Below, in pieces: positions 17,334 through 28,743 of a DNA stretch of 64,000 bases (position 1 is the stretch's first letter; every line of letters starts with the position of its first letter). The DNA is from Candidatus Latescibacterota bacterium. Its GTDB lineage: Bacteria > Latescibacterota > UBA2968 > GCA-2709665. Below the pieces are notes generated by a model that worked only from the letters and a program-made list of their open reading frames with translations, did no database searches and was not told where the DNA came from. Position numbers and translations under genes: made by a program. The stretch is from NCBI GenBank assembly GCA_965208835.1, contig OZ242358.1:832001-896000 (forward strand), read 5' to 3'.

Positions 17334-19562
17334 ATGGCGACAGCCAGAATCACGTGGACAAAGATCGACGAAGCGCCCGCGCTGGCCACCAGCGCGCTGC
17401 TGCCGGTTGTTCAGGCGTACACACGGGGGTCCGGCATCGAAGTCGAACTCAGCGACATCTCTCTTGCGGGCCGGATCATCGCCAACTTCCCCGACAAACT
17501 GACCGAAGCGCAGCGGATTCCGGACTGCCTGGGTGAACTCGGCGTCCTGTCCCGGAAACCCGAGGCAAATATCCTCAAACTGCCCAACATCAGCGCGACG
17601 GTCCCGCAGCTGAAAGCGGCCATCGAGGAACTCCAGGGCAAGGGATACGACATACCGGACTATCCTGACGAGCCGCAAACCGACGCTGAGAGAGATCTGC
17701 AGGCCCGATTCGCCGTGATCCTTGGGTCAGCCGTCAATCCCGTCCTGCGCGAGGGCAACTCCGACCGGCGGGCCGCCGCTTCGGTAAAGGCATTCTTCCG
17801 GAGAAATCCGCACAGGATGATGCGGCCGTGGCCGGAGTCGGGGTCCAGGGCGCGTGTCGCCCACATGACGGCCGGGGACTTCTTCGAGAGCGAGAAATCG
17901 ACCACCGTGAGCTCAGCGGTCCGGGTCCGGATCGAGTTCGCGGCCGCCGACGGTCGGGTCACCGTGCTCAAGGACGGGGTACCTCTCGAAGCCGGCGAGG
18001 TGGTCGATACCGCTGCGATGAACGTGAAAGCCCTCAGACGGTTCTTTGCCGAGCAGATGGACGACGCGAAGCGGGATGGAGCGCTGCTGTCGCTGCATCT
18101 CAAGGCCACGATGATGAAAGTCTCCGATCCGATTATGTTCGGTCACTGCGTCTCCGTCTATTATCGGGAAGCGCTGGAAAAACACGCCGGTACGCTGGAG
18201 GCGATCGGGGCCGACGTGAACTACGGCCTGGCCGATGTCCTGTCGCGGCTCGACCGCCTTCCCGACGGTAAACGGGCGGAGATCGAGGCCGATATCGCCG
18301 CCGTTTATGACAGTCGCCCCGGCCTGGCGATGGTCGATTCCGACCGCGGCATCACGAATCTTCACATGCCGAACGACGTTATCATCGATGCCTCGATGCC
18401 CAATGTGGTTCGGGACGGCGGGAAGATGTGGAACCGTAACGGCGAGCTGCAGGATACGATCGCCATGGTACCGGACCGGTGCTACGCGACCATGTATAAA
18501 GAGATTCTGGAAGACGCGAAGGCGCGCGGACAGTTCGATCCCGCCACGATGGGCAGCGTGTCCAACGTGGGTCTGATGGCGCAGAAGGCGGAGGAATACG
18601 GGTCGCACGACAAGACCTTCGAAGCCCCCGAGGACGGTGAGATCCGCGTTGTGAACGCGTCCGGAAACGTGATGCTCGACCAGTCGGTTGAAACCGGAGA
18701 TGTCTTCCGGATGTGCCAGACGAAAGACGCCGCGATCAGGGACTGGGTCGGGCTGGCCGTGAGGCGGGCGAGGGTCTCCGGAACACCGGTCGTGTTCTGG
18801 CTCAACCGTCAACGGGCGCACGATGTCGAGATAATCGGGAAGCTGAACGCCTGCCTGTCCGAACACGACACCGCGGGCCTGGACGTCCGCGTGATGAAGC
18901 CACGGGACGCAATGCGGTTTTCGCTGGAGCGGATACGCAGGGGGGAGGATACGATCGCGGCGACGGGCAACGTGCTTCGCGACTATCTCACGGATCTGTT
19001 TCCAATACTCGAACTCGGGACCAGCGCGAGGATGCTGTCGATTGTCAGGTTGATGAACGGTGGTGGGCTCTTCGAGACCGGGGCGGGCGGATCGGCGCCC
19101 AAACACGTCCAGCAGTTCCTGCGGGAGGGGCACCTGAGGTGGGACTCGCTGGGAGAATACTGCGCCCTGGTGCCTTCGTTTCGCCTGATCGCGGAGACCG
19201 CGGGAAACGCGAAGGCCACGGTATTCGCGGACACGCTGGACCGGGCCATTACGAAATACCTGGAGCACTCGCGGTCGCCCTCCCGAAAGGTGAACGAGAT
19301 CGACAACCGGGGCAGCACCTTCTATCTCGCGATGTACTGGGCCCAGGCCCTGGCGGCACAGGAAAGCGACGCGGAGCTGAAAGCCAGGTTCGGGAACGTT
19401 GCGGGAAAACTCGAGGAGAATGAGGATCGGATAAGCGCGGAGCTGCTGGCCGCCCAGGGTGAGCCGGTGGAACTTGGCGGCTATTACGCACCCGATCCGG
19501 GCCTGACCGCCGGCGCAGTGCGTCCCAGCCGGACACTCAACGCCATTATAGACGCCGTGTAA
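17334..19562 (+). CDS. icd: Monomeric NADP-dependent isocitrate dehydrogenase
   Basis: [46 protein letters not shown] and [15 protein letters not shown] motifs. Confidence 0.97.
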   Translation: MATARITWTKIDEAPALATSALLPVVQAYTRGSGIEVELSDISLAGRIIANFPDKLTEAQRIPDCLGELGVLSRKPEANILKLPNISATVPQLKAAIEELQGKGYDIPDYPDEPQTDAERDLQARFAVILGSAVNPVLREGNSDRRAAASVKAFFRRNPHRMMRPWPESGSRARVAHMTAGDFFESEKSTTVSSAVRVRIEFAAADGRVTVLKDGVPLEAGEVVDTAAMNVKALRRFFAEQMDDAKRDGALLSLHLKATMMKVSDPIMFGHCVSVYYREALEKHAGTLEAIGADVNYGLADVLSRLDRLPDGKRAEIEADIAAVYDSRPGLAMVDSDRGITNLHMPNDVIIDASMPNVVRDGGKMWNRNGELQDTIAMVPDRCYATMYKEILEDAKARGQFDPATMGSVSNVGLMAQKAEEYGSHDKTFEAPEDGEIRVVNASGNVMLDQSVETGDVFRMCQTKDAAIRDWVGLAVRRARVSGTPVVFWLNRQRAHDVEIIGKLNACLSEHDTAGLDVRVMKPRDAMRFSLERIRRGEDTIAATGNVLRDYLTDLFPILELGTSARMLSIVRLMNGGGLFETGAGGSAPKHVQQFLREGHLRWDSLGEYCALVPSFRLIAETAGNAKATVFADTLDRAITKYLEHSRSPSRKVNEIDNRGSTFYLAMYWAQALAAQESDAELKARFGNVAGKLEENEDRISAELLAAQGEPVELGGYYAPDPGLTAGAVRPSRTLNAIIDAV

Positions 19563-21042
19563 ACTGCGATCTGAGCGGCCTGCGCTGGCTGAGGAGGGCG
19601 GGATCGGCCGGTTCCGGCGCGGCCGCGCCGTTTTTTCCTTCGTACACCTTGGCGGCGCTCACCGCTTCCTGGAAGGCAGCCAGCGGCTGGTCGGCGCCAG
19701 GGTACCGGTCGGCGTGCGTGGACCCGTTTTCCAGCTTGAGTACGCCGCGCGGGCAAACGGCGGAGCAGATGCCGCATCCCACACATGAAGCACGAACGAT
19801 GTTCTCGCCGCGCTGTGCGTACGCCCGGACGTCGATGCCCATTTCACAGTAGGTGGAGCAGTTGCCGCAGGACATGCACTGGCCGCCGTTGGTGGTGATC
19901 CGGAAGCGGGAGAAGAAACGCTGGAAGATGCCCAGGATCGCGGCCATCGGGCAGCCGAAGCGGCACCAGACCCGGCTGCCCATCAGCGGATAGAAACCCA
20001 CGCCGATGACGCCGGAAAACAGGGCGCCGATGTAGAATCCGTACGCGCTGGCAAGCGGTCCCGACAGGCGGCCGAAGACGCGCCCTTCGGTGGCGGAGTT
20101 GATCCAGAGCGCGATTGTGGTTACGGTGATGAAGATGAGGACCGAGTAGATGATGCCCCGTTCAATTCTCCATGAGCGGGTCGTCTTGCTCGAGAGCTGG
20201 CGGAAGGGATCGCCCAGCGTCTCGGCGAGGCCGCCGCACCCGCATACCCAGGAGCAGTACCAGCGTTTTCCGTAAAAGTAGGTGAGCACGGGCGTGGCGA
20301 TGAATGTCGCGACGGCGCCCCAGAAGACCATAAAGACGCCGAGCGCGCCGGGATGGCCGGTCAGGCTGCCCACGGTTGAGGGAAAAAGGTAGTCGTATTT
20401 GAGCGGCCAGAAATAGGTGAAATAGAATTCGGGCTGGTTGAAGCTCTTGAGCATCTGAGGAATGAGAAAAGCGAAGCCGAGCTGGAAGAACATCACGGAA
20501 GCTGTGCGGATGATCTGGTAGCGGTTGTGGCGGTACTTCATGAACATGCGGACGCCGAACACGAGGATGGCGAGCGTGTAGAGGAAGCCGTAGAAGAACC
20601 ATCGGTCCGCCGGACCCCCGGCGAGCGCCAGGGATAGAGGATCCACCAGGCGGACGCCGCGTTCCAGGTATTCGGGAAACCAGTAGAGCACGACGTAAAA
20701 TCCGGTGATGACAATGCCCAGGGCCCATCCGATGAGCCCCAGATGGGTCGTGCTGCCGAACATGATACCGTCGTGCTTAATGCCCGGGACGGTGTTCCTG
20801 TAGGCGAACCAGAAATACGCGGCCGATCCCAGCACGATCAGGCCGAAGCTGAGCAGGATGCCGGCCCAGGTACCGGAAAGCGGACCGAGCAGGGTGACGA
20901 TGAGGGCCAGGAAGCCGAGCGAGATGGCCGCAATCGAGAGCCTTTCGGGCCAGGATGCAGGCGGCGCCGGCTGCTCGGGCGGTTCCTCGAAGCCAAGCGT
21001 TTCCTCGTCGAAGTCGTAGTTTAGGGTGGCGGTATCGATCAT
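19546..21042 (-). CDS. Membrane 4Fe-4S-binding protein (NapH/RdxA-like polyferredoxin)
   Basis: Multiple TM helices, [14 protein letters not shown] and two CxxCxxCxxxC ferredoxin motifs. Confidence 0.9.
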   Translation of the reverse strand: MIDTATLNYDFDEETLGFEEPPEQPAPPASWPERLSIAAISLGFLALIVTLLGPLSGTWAGILLSFGLIVLGSAAYFWFAYRNTVPGIKHDGIMFGSTTHLGLIGWALGIVITGFYVVLYWFPEYLERGVRLVDPLSLALAGGPADRWFFYGFLYTLAILVFGVRMFMKYRHNRYQIIRTASVMFFQLGFAFLIPQMLKSFNQPEFYFTYFWPLKYDYLFPSTVGSLTGHPGALGVFMVFWGAVATFIATPVLTYFYGKRWYCSWVCGCGGLAETLGDPFRQLSSKTTRSWRIERGIIYSVLIFITVTTIALWINSATEGRVFGRLSGPLASAYGFYIGALFSGVIGVGFYPLMGSRVWCRFGCPMAAILGIFQRFFSRFRITTNGGQCMSCGNCSTYCEMGIDVRAYAQRGENIVRASCVGCGICSAVCPRGVLKLENGSTHADRYPGADQPLAAFQEAVSAAKVYEGKNGAAAPEPADPALLSQRRPLRSQFTRRL

Positions 21043-22307
21043 GACAGTTGCTCCCTGAGGGCGGGTACGATTTCGGATTCGTGCTGGTCGAAGAACTCGG
21101 GGTCGAAGTTCGCCTCCGCCAGGTGGTCCAGCACGAAGTCGACCGGGCGCTGTTCCGAAATCCAGCGTTCGCAGACTTCGTGGCGGTAGCGGATACCCAT
21201 GAGGTTGATGCCGATCACGTCCGGTTCGGTGTGTACGATACGTACGGACTGGCGCTGCGCGGGGTGTTGCCAGTAGAGGTTCTTTTCGCCCGGCACATTG
21301 AGATTGACGCGGCCGTAGACCTGGTATTCCAGGTCCAGGAACTTGGCGGAGTTGAACCAGATGCCCGGGTCATAGGTACAGTCTTCGCCCGCGATGACGT
21401 CCCCCGCGACCGCACCCTGTTTCTTGCCGGTGTACCAGACCTGCTGCAACAGATTCCGCTCACCACCCGTGACGATTTCTGCGCAGTCGCCCGCGGCATA
21501 GACATCCGGAACGCTGGTCTGAAAACTGTGGTCGACCAGGATCCCCCTGCCGGTTTCGATATCGGAATCCCTTACGAGGTCTATATTTGGAGACACGCCG
21601 GCGGTCAGGCCCACAAACTGGCATTCCAAAGTCTCGCCGTCTTCCGTCACAACACCGCATGCCCTGCCGTTCCCGTCGTCCAGAATTTCTTTCAGGCTGG
21701 TCCGGAGTCTCAGACCAAGCCCCTGTTCCCGGATGATCTCGTTGATCATGCCGGACTCTTCCATCGGGAGGATGTTGTTCCAGTAAGACGGTTCGCGCAC
21801 GAGAAAGGTGACGTGAATGTTGCGCGAATGCAGCATTTCGGCCAGTTCGATGCCGATGAGGCCGCCCCCTACAATGACGGCGTGTCGCGTGTGCTGCGCG
21901 TTGTCGTACAGGGTGCGGAGGTCCTGCAGGGAATAGAGGCCCTGAACGCCTTTGAGGTCTTGTCCCGGCCATCCGAACTTGTTGGATTTCGAGCCGGTGG
22001 CGATGAGCAGTTTGTCGAAATGAAAGTCTCCGCCGCGGTGGAGCGAAAGGCATTTGGCGGAAGCGTCGATCCGGGTGACCCAGTCACGGCGCAGATCCAG
22101 CCGGTTGACGGACCAGAAGTCGTCTTCGAAGGGCTTGGTGCCGTTATAGGTCATATGGCCCATGAAGACGTACATCAGGGCCGGCCGCGAATAGTGGAAT
22201 CTGGATTCGCCGGAAATAAGGGTGATGCGCCAGTCCGGCTGTTTTCGCCGCAGCCGGATCGCAGCGGTAACACCGGTGACGCCATTGCCGATTATGGCGA
22301 CGTGCAC
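21039..22307 (-). CDS. FAD-dependent pyridine nucleotide oxidoreductase (rubredoxin reductase/NirB-N-like)
   Basis: IIGNGVTG, LIATGS, IVGGGLIGIE and YAAGDCAE motifs; overlaps the ferredoxin gene by 4 bp. Confidence 0.9.
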   Translation of the reverse strand: MHVAIIGNGVTGVTAAIRLRRKQPDWRITLISGESRFHYSRPALMYVFMGHMTYNGTKPFEDDFWSVNRLDLRRDWVTRIDASAKCLSLHRGGDFHFDKLLIATGSKSNKFGWPGQDLKGVQGLYSLQDLRTLYDNAQHTRHAVIVGGGLIGIELAEMLHSRNIHVTFLVREPSYWNNILPMEESGMINEIIREQGLGLRLRTSLKEILDDGNGRACGVVTEDGETLECQFVGLTAGVSPNIDLVRDSDIETGRGILVDHSFQTSVPDVYAAGDCAEIVTGGERNLLQQVWYTGKKQGAVAGDVIAGEDCTYDPGIWFNSAKFLDLEYQVYGRVNLNVPGEKNLYWQHPAQRQSVRIVHTEPDVIGINLMGIRYRHEVCERWISEQRPVDFVLDHLAEANFDPEFFDQHESEIVPALREQLS

Positions 22308-22595
22308 GGATGCGCCTCCTTGATTTCCCCCTGACCGACGAGGACGGATTTCGCTGATTCCGTCTGACTATCGGGGATCCCAACGTTCGGTCTGACGATC
22401 GGGCGCCGGGGATCGAACGGAAATTAACCAATGCCGCCGGAAAGTCAAGGACGTATAACCCTTCGGTCACGACGGTCGCCCTGCGTACCCCACTGACGAA
22501 CCTGGCCGGGCGAGGGTTCCATAAAACCTTGAGCCGGACGGTCACCCCTGCAGCAACGGCGGTCGTCCGCGAATTGATATCGCCAGGCCGTATCG

Positions 22596-23810
22596 TCAAT
22601 GTGAATCAGCTTTTTCCCCGGCAAGATCGTACACCCTGAAGGCGCCCCAGCGTACGATCGACGTGGATACCTCCTGCGGCTTGAGACCGTGGCGCTTCTG
22701 CATCAGACTGCGCCTCGCCCGCGCGTCTCCGGGATGGAGCGTGATGGTATCGATCCCTTTGTCCGGAAAGTTGGCGAAGGAGAACGCGTCCGACCCTCCG
22801 TGCGTCATCGGTTCGCCGTCGATCAGCAGACGAACCGCTCCGTTTCGCATATCCCATTCAACCCGGAACGTGTACACCCTGTCGTTCACGGCTTCGACGG
22901 TCTGATCGAATTCAGTGATGCCTTCGGCGGTGCAGATGATTATCTTGCCCCCGAGCAAACCGAACTGGATATTTCCGTATTTGATGATGCCCTGGTTTTC
23001 CTCCAGGATGAGGCAGGACTCCAGCTCCGCGTCGGACGGCTTCATTTCGAATTCCACGGCGCCTGCCTGAAGCGGCGGGATGCGGACCTTGACATATCCG
23101 TATCTTGTGGTCGTCTCGAGCCACCGGTAATCCACGGGGCGCATGAGCGTCTCGCAGACGTTGTCGTCCGGCATGCCGTCCGGCGGAGGAGCGACCGGCT
23201 CCCAGTGCAGGGGAAAGGTCTCCCTGCATGAGATGAATTCATCCCTGCGCTCGGCATACTCCTTCAGCCGGATGAGGCTGCCGGTTTCAACGGTCTCCGT
23301 GGCCAGTTCGATCGTGCGTATTTCGTCGATGTCCTGCCCGATGCATCCGGAAATCTCGACGGGGTCGCTATTGTCGAGGGTGAACTTGAATGTGCCCGTT
23401 TCGAGATCGAATCCCGAAAGGGTCAGGCAATGTTCGTCGGACGGCACGACATAGGGTGGGCGAATGGCCGGATCGGTGTAGGGTTTGCCGTAGTGAAAGG
23501 TCAGGGACTCTCCGGCGTCGACGGTTCCCCGTTCTCCGTTAAGCTGGATTCGACCGTCGGCGTCAATCCGGCAATCCAGCGCAATCCGGTTGTCCGCGCC
23601 GTAGAAGAGGATGTGGTAGCATTTTCCGAGGGCCACCCGGAGTTTCAGCGCGATCGCATCCTCCGTGCGCCGGATGGGGTTTTCGATTCGCCGGGAACAG
23701 CGCGCGCGGCCGCGTGAACCGTCGATCGTGAGGTAGCCGTCCTCTCCGAAGACGTAGACGCTTCCATCACCGCGGTCGTGCCAGCGGAAGTCCTGTGAGG
23801 CAACCAGCAT
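22596..23810 (-). CDS. Hypothetical beta-rich protein
   Basis: 404-aa ORF with host-like GC; no recognised motif. Confidence 0.6.
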   Translation of the reverse strand: MLVASQDFRWHDRGDGSVYVFGEDGYLTIDGSRGRARCSRRIENPIRRTEDAIALKLRVALGKCYHILFYGADNRIALDCRIDADGRIQLNGERGTVDAGESLTFHYGKPYTDPAIRPPYVVPSDEHCLTLSGFDLETGTFKFTLDNSDPVEISGCIGQDIDEIRTIELATETVETGSLIRLKEYAERRDEFISCRETFPLHWEPVAPPPDGMPDDNVCETLMRPVDYRWLETTTRYGYVKVRIPPLQAGAVEFEMKPSDAELESCLILEENQGIIKYGNIQFGLLGGKIIICTAEGITEFDQTVEAVNDRVYTFRVEWDMRNGAVRLLIDGEPMTHGGSDAFSFANFPDKGIDTITLHPGDARARRSLMQKRHGLKPQEVSTSIVRWGAFRVYDLAGEKADSH

Positions 23811-23930
23811 GTATCCGTTTCCTGGTCCGTGGATAATCGAGGGTTATCTCGCTTAGCGAAAATAGGTGGATGTGGCGGGCCGATCAAGCAGGATTGTTCC
23901 GTCGCCGCGACACAATGAGGAGGAACGGAC

Positions 23931-26612
23931 GTGAGCAAGGGCAGCTTGTTCTATCCGGCGGAGTTGATTGAAAAAGCGAAGCGCAACGCGGAGAACCACG
24001 CGTGGGCGAAGCGGGCAAGGGACAGAATCGTCGAGGCGGCTCAGCCGTGGGTGGCGTTTTCCGACGACGAGCTGTGGGACCTGATGTTCGGCAGTACCAT
24101 CAGGAGATCATGGATGGTCTGGTCGAACGGACACTGCCCGGCGTGCGGGGAGGGCGTGCCCATGTACAACTGGCGTATCCAGGCGCTGCGCCTCCCCTGG
24201 AAGCTTCGATGCCCGCACTGCGAAGAGCTGTTTCCCAAGAACGACTTCCACGCGTTTTACCGCTCCGGTCTGGATGAAAACGGGGTGTTTCAGCACCGCC
24301 TTGCCAACCGTTCGCTGTTGTTCAATGCGGAGCATCCCGATCCTGCGGATCCATTGCACCTGTTCGGGGTGGACGACGGCGAGGGGTACCGCGAAGGAGA
24401 GAATACATGGTGGTTCGTTGGGACGTACCTGGTATACGGACAATGGAAGCAGATCGTACACGGAGGGATCAAGGCGCTGGCGGCGGCCTACGCGGCAACA
24501 GGAGAGCCCGAATTCGCCCACAAGGCGGGCGTGCTGCTCGACCGGGTGGCGGACCTGTACACGACGTTCAATTTCAAAGACCAGGCGATGATGTACGAAG
24601 GTCCCGCCCACGCCGGGTACGTTTCCACCTGGCACGATGCGTGCGAGGAAGCGAGGGAACTCGCGCAGGCTTACGATCAGGTACGGGACGCGTTGGGAGA
24701 GGATGAGGCGCTGGCGGAATTTCTGAGCGGTAAGGCCGCGCAGTACGGCATTGAGGGGAGCAAGGCGTCGCCGGCGGACGTAACGCGGCATATCGAGGAG
24801 GGTATCCTCCGGGATACGGTCGTAAATCACGATCGGATCCGGTCCAACTATCCCCGCAAGGAAATCGCGTTGATCACAATTCACTCGGTCCTCGACTGGG
24901 AGGGAAACCGGGAGAAGGTGTATGGATTGATCGCCGAGATGATGGAACGCGCCACGGCGGTCGACGGCGTGACGGGGGAAAAGGGCCTCGCGGGCTACTG
25001 TTCGGGGGTGATACAGAGCCTGGCGCAGTTCCTGGCGCGGTTCAGCAGGGTCGACCCCGGTTTTCTGGGCGACATGCTGGCAAGGCACCCGAAGCTCCGG
25101 CAGACCTATCGGTTTCACATCGATACGTGGTGTCTGCAACAATACTATCCCCAGGCGGGCGACACGGGCGCCTACGCGGGGAAGGTGGAAAACTACGTGG
25201 GGGTCGCCTTTTCCCGGGATTCCGGTCTGGAGCCGTCGATGTACGCTTTTCTGTGGCATCTGTACCGGGAAACGGGCGATGCGGCCTACGTCCAGGCTTT
25301 ATTCCAGGCCAACGGAAGTACGGTTGACGGGTTGCCGCACGACCTGTTTTCGGAAGATCCGGAAGCATTTCAGACCGGGGTGCAGGCAGTCATCGACGCC
25401 CGCGGGACGGAGATCGAGCAGGCCGGCGCCAACAAGACGGAGTGGCGTCTGGCCGTCCTGCGTTCGGGCCGGGGCGACGGCCGCCGCGCAGCGTGGCTCG
25501 ACTACGACTCGGGCGGACCTCACGGACACGCCGACGGGATGAACCTCGGACTCTTCGCAATGGGTCTGGATCTGATGCCGGACTTCGGATATCCGCCGGT
25601 ACATTTCGGAGGGTGGAGCGGGCCGAAGTTTCACTGGTACGTGAGTACCGCCGGTCACAACACCGTGGTTGTAGACGGAAAGGACCAGGAGCGTCCTTCG
25701 GACGGCGAGTCCACGTTGTGGGCGGACGGCGAGGGGTTTCGGGCGATCCGGGCGAACGGTTCAGCCCTGTACGGGATACCGCGCTATGAACGGACCGTGG
25801 TAATGGTGGACACATCGGACAACAGCAGCTACCTTCTGGACGTATTCCGCGTTGCAGGCGGACGAGACCACGCGAAGTTCATGCACAGTCATTTCGGGAA
25901 GATTTCAACACGGGGGCTCGCGCTGGTTCCGGCCGCCGATTATGGGTACGAAACGCAGATGCGCAGTTTTATGAGTGATGAACAACCGGCGCCTGGATGG
26001 CACGCGGACTGGAAGGTGGAGGACCGGTACGGATATCTGGACGCAAACCGCGATATCCATCTTCGGTATACCGACCTGACCCAAGGCGCGCAGGCCTGTA
26101 CTGCCGAGGCGTGGGTTGCGCTGCGGGGGTTTGGAGGCAATGAGACGGACTGGATCCCGCGGTTGATGGTGCGGCGCGAGTCGGATACGGGTCCGCTGGC
26201 TTCCACGTTCGTGGGTGTAATCGAACCCTATGAGGATAAGCCGGCCATCTCCGGAATACGACGTCTTTCTGTGGAACGCGAAGACGGGCGGGTACCTTCG
26301 GATTCGGACGTTGCCGTGGAAATCGAACTCGCCGATGGTCGCCGGGACGTGATCCTGGCGATGGACGCGGAAGACACGGGGCGGGAAGGCAGGTGGATGC
26401 TCCAGGAGGACACGAACATCCGGACCGACGGCGAACTGTGTATGGTTCGACAGGGGCCCGACGGCGAATTATTGTCCGTCGCGATGTGCAACGGCAAGAC
26501 CGCGCACGTCGGCGGTACCGCACTCGATCTGGTCGAAACGGCAGACTACGTGGAGGTCAGGTATGGCTCTGGCGTACCGGCCATCGTCGCCGGAAACGGG
26601 ATTCCGGCATAA
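23931..26612 (+). CDS. Heparinase II/III-family protein with N-terminal Zn-ribbon
   Basis: CPAC...CPHC, FPKNDF, DDGEGY, HGHADGMNLGLFA...D.GYP and GHNTVVVDG motifs. Confidence 0.85.
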   Translation: MSKGSLFYPAELIEKAKRNAENHAWAKRARDRIVEAAQPWVAFSDDELWDLMFGSTIRRSWMVWSNGHCPACGEGVPMYNWRIQALRLPWKLRCPHCEELFPKNDFHAFYRSGLDENGVFQHRLANRSLLFNAEHPDPADPLHLFGVDDGEGYREGENTWWFVGTYLVYGQWKQIVHGGIKALAAAYAATGEPEFAHKAGVLLDRVADLYTTFNFKDQAMMYEGPAHAGYVSTWHDACEEARELAQAYDQVRDALGEDEALAEFLSGKAAQYGIEGSKASPADVTRHIEEGILRDTVVNHDRIRSNYPRKEIALITIHSVLDWEGNREKVYGLIAEMMERATAVDGVTGEKGLAGYCSGVIQSLAQFLARFSRVDPGFLGDMLARHPKLRQTYRFHIDTWCLQQYYPQAGDTGAYAGKVENYVGVAFSRDSGLEPSMYAFLWHLYRETGDAAYVQALFQANGSTVDGLPHDLFSEDPEAFQTGVQAVIDARGTEIEQAGANKTEWRLAVLRSGRGDGRRAAWLDYDSGGPHGHADGMNLGLFAMGLDLMPDFGYPPVHFGGWSGPKFHWYVSTAGHNTVVVDGKDQERPSDGESTLWADGEGFRAIRANGSALYGIPRYERTVVMVDTSDNSSYLLDVFRVAGGRDHAKFMHSHFGKISTRGLALVPAADYGYETQMRSFMSDEQPAPGWHADWKVEDRYGYLDANRDIHLRYTDLTQGAQACTAEAWVALRGFGGNETDWIPRLMVRRESDTGPLASTFVGVIEPYEDKPAISGIRRLSVEREDGRVPSDSDVAVEIELADGRRDVILAMDAEDTGREGRWMLQEDTNIRTDGELCMVRQGPDGELLSVAMCNGKTAHVGGTALDLVETADYVEVRYGSGVPAIVAGNGIPA

Positions 26613-26654
26613 CAGTTCGTCACAGATAACGCCGATAGGAGGAGCCGAAAGAAC

Positions 26655-28574
26655 ATGAACCGGGAACCGGAATACGGCGTCGTCATTGCCACCGACGTCA
26701 TGGTGCCCATGCGCGACGGGGTGCGGCTGGCGACGGACGTCTACCGTCCCGCCGTCGACGGAGAACCCGCGCCCGGCAGATATCCCGCGATTCTGGGGCG
26801 GACGTCCTATGACAAGAGCAGTCCTCAGATGTGGGTGGAGCCCGTCGGGATGTATTTCGCCCGGAGGGGATACGTGGCGGTGATCCAGGATCTGAGGGGC
26901 CGGCACCGGTCCGAGGGCACGGGTCAGTACTTCCACACCGCCAATCCCGGCGAGGGCAGGGACGGATACGACACGGTGTCCTGGATTGCGGATCAGTCCT
27001 GGTCCAACGGGAGGGTGGGCACGGTGGGAAGTTCGCACGGCGCTATCGTTCAGGCCGTGATGGCGCTGTACCGGCCGCCGAATCTCGCGGCGATGTGGCA
27101 AGACGTGGGGCCGACCAACATGTACGCGCATTGCTCGCGCGAGGGCGGCGCGATGGCGCTGCACATGTTCGGCGCCATGTTTCTGCACGGGCACGATGCG
27201 CAGGAGATCGGGGACGACCCCGCCGCGGCGCAGGCGTTCGTGGAGGCCATGGAGCGGATGAGGGAACTGGTCCATGCCACGCCGTTCAAGCCGGGGGACA
27301 CGCCCCTGGCCCTGGTGCCCAATCTCGAACGGGTGCTGTTCGACTACTACCATCGCGGCGAGTACGACGAATTCTGGCAGCAGGACTGCTGCGACCAGGA
27401 GCGCTATTTCGACCGGCACGGCGACATTCCTTCGGTCTTCAGCGGGGGCTGGTACGATCCGTTCGCGGGGGCCACGACGAACTATTTCGCGGCGATGTCG
27501 AAACAGAACCGGACGCCTCAGCGGCTGCTGATGGGTCCGTGGAACCACGGCGGCATACGTGGAGAGGGCGATTCGTTCGCCGGCGACGTGGATTTCGGAC
27601 CCGACTCGGCGTGGGGCGACGACGTGTACAACCGGGAGCGCCTGCGCTGGTTCGACCGCTGGTTGAAGGGTATCCGCACCGACGTGGAAGATGATCCACC
27701 GGTTCGTATCTTCGTGATGGGAGGGGGCGATGGCCGGCGCAACGGAGCCGGCCGTCTCAACCACGGCGGTTCTTGGCGTTCCGAGCAGGAATGGCCGCTT
27801 GCCCGCACCCGGTACACGCCGTACTATTTTCACGGCGGCGGCGGCCTCAGCCCGGAATCCCCAGCGAAGGACGGCCCGCCGGCCGGATACGCTCACGATC
27901 CGGAACACCCGGTGCCCACCATTGCCGGAAACGTGACCGGCTTCTACGAAATGGTGCCGCCGGGAGATGGGATGGTGGAGCGGTACACGCCTCCGAGGGC
28001 CCGGATGCGCAGCATCGTGCTGGACGGAGCGGCCCACCAGAAGGAGGCGCCCGGCATCGTCGGCGCCCGGCCGCCGTACCGGACGCTCGCGTCCCGGGAG
28101 GACGTGCTCGTCTTTCAGACGGAGCCGCTGGTCGAGGACATCGAGGTCACCGGTCCGCTATCCGTGAATCTCTGGATCTCTTCAACCGCGGCAGACACGG
28201 ACTTCACGGCCAAGCTGATCGACGTCTACCCGTCCAGCGAAGACTATCCGGGTGGATATCACATGAATCTGGTGGATTCCATTATCCGCACGCGCTATCG
28301 GAACGGGTGGGAGAAGCCCGAGATGATGAACCCCGGCGAGGTGTATTCCGTCAGGATCGATCTGACGCCAACCAGCAATCTGTTCGTACGCGGCCACCGG
28401 ATCCGCGTGGACGTCTCCAGCAGCAATTTCCCTCGTTTCGACGTGAATCCGAATACAGGCGAACCCATGGGACGGCATACGCACTCCGTTGTTGCCCGAA
28501 ATACAGTTTACATGGACCTCGCGCGGCCATCTCACATTGTTCTGCCTATTGTTCCGCCGGCGGATGAAGATTGA
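26655..28574 (+). CDS. CocE/NonD-family hydrolase
   Basis: MRDGVRLATDVYRP, QDLRGR..SEG, VGSSHG nucleophile elbow, GWYD, GPWNH and SSSNFPRF motifs. Confidence 0.95.
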   Translation: MNREPEYGVVIATDVMVPMRDGVRLATDVYRPAVDGEPAPGRYPAILGRTSYDKSSPQMWVEPVGMYFARRGYVAVIQDLRGRHRSEGTGQYFHTANPGEGRDGYDTVSWIADQSWSNGRVGTVGSSHGAIVQAVMALYRPPNLAAMWQDVGPTNMYAHCSREGGAMALHMFGAMFLHGHDAQEIGDDPAAAQAFVEAMERMRELVHATPFKPGDTPLALVPNLERVLFDYYHRGEYDEFWQQDCCDQERYFDRHGDIPSVFSGGWYDPFAGATTNYFAAMSKQNRTPQRLLMGPWNHGGIRGEGDSFAGDVDFGPDSAWGDDVYNRERLRWFDRWLKGIRTDVEDDPPVRIFVMGGGDGRRNGAGRLNHGGSWRSEQEWPLARTRYTPYYFHGGGGLSPESPAKDGPPAGYAHDPEHPVPTIAGNVTGFYEMVPPGDGMVERYTPPRARMRSIVLDGAAHQKEAPGIVGARPPYRTLASREDVLVFQTEPLVEDIEVTGPLSVNLWISSTAADTDFTAKLIDVYPSSEDYPGGYHMNLVDSIIRTRYRNGWEKPEMMNPGEVYSVRIDLTPTSNLFVRGHRIRVDVSSSNFPRFDVNPNTGEPMGRHTHSVVARNTVYMDLARPSHIVLPIVPPADED

Positions 28575-28743
28575 GCGTTTTCGAAAAGAAGATAATTTAT
28601 CTAATGTAAAAATCGCAATTTCTCGACCAACGCCCGGCATCCGGCCGTCAGACCCTTCAGCCGGAACCATGGGTGGGTCGGAAACGGGTAAGCTGACAGT
28701 TGAGAGCCGAAGGCTGAAAGCTTTCTGTATCAAGGAGAATAAA

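Noticed and set aside
17913-19268. Long antisense ORFs (also 21048..22334, 26469..28037, 29590..30714, 36398..37432, 59012..60184)
   Set aside because: Shadow frames of well-supported genes, expected from high-GC codon bias; no motifs.
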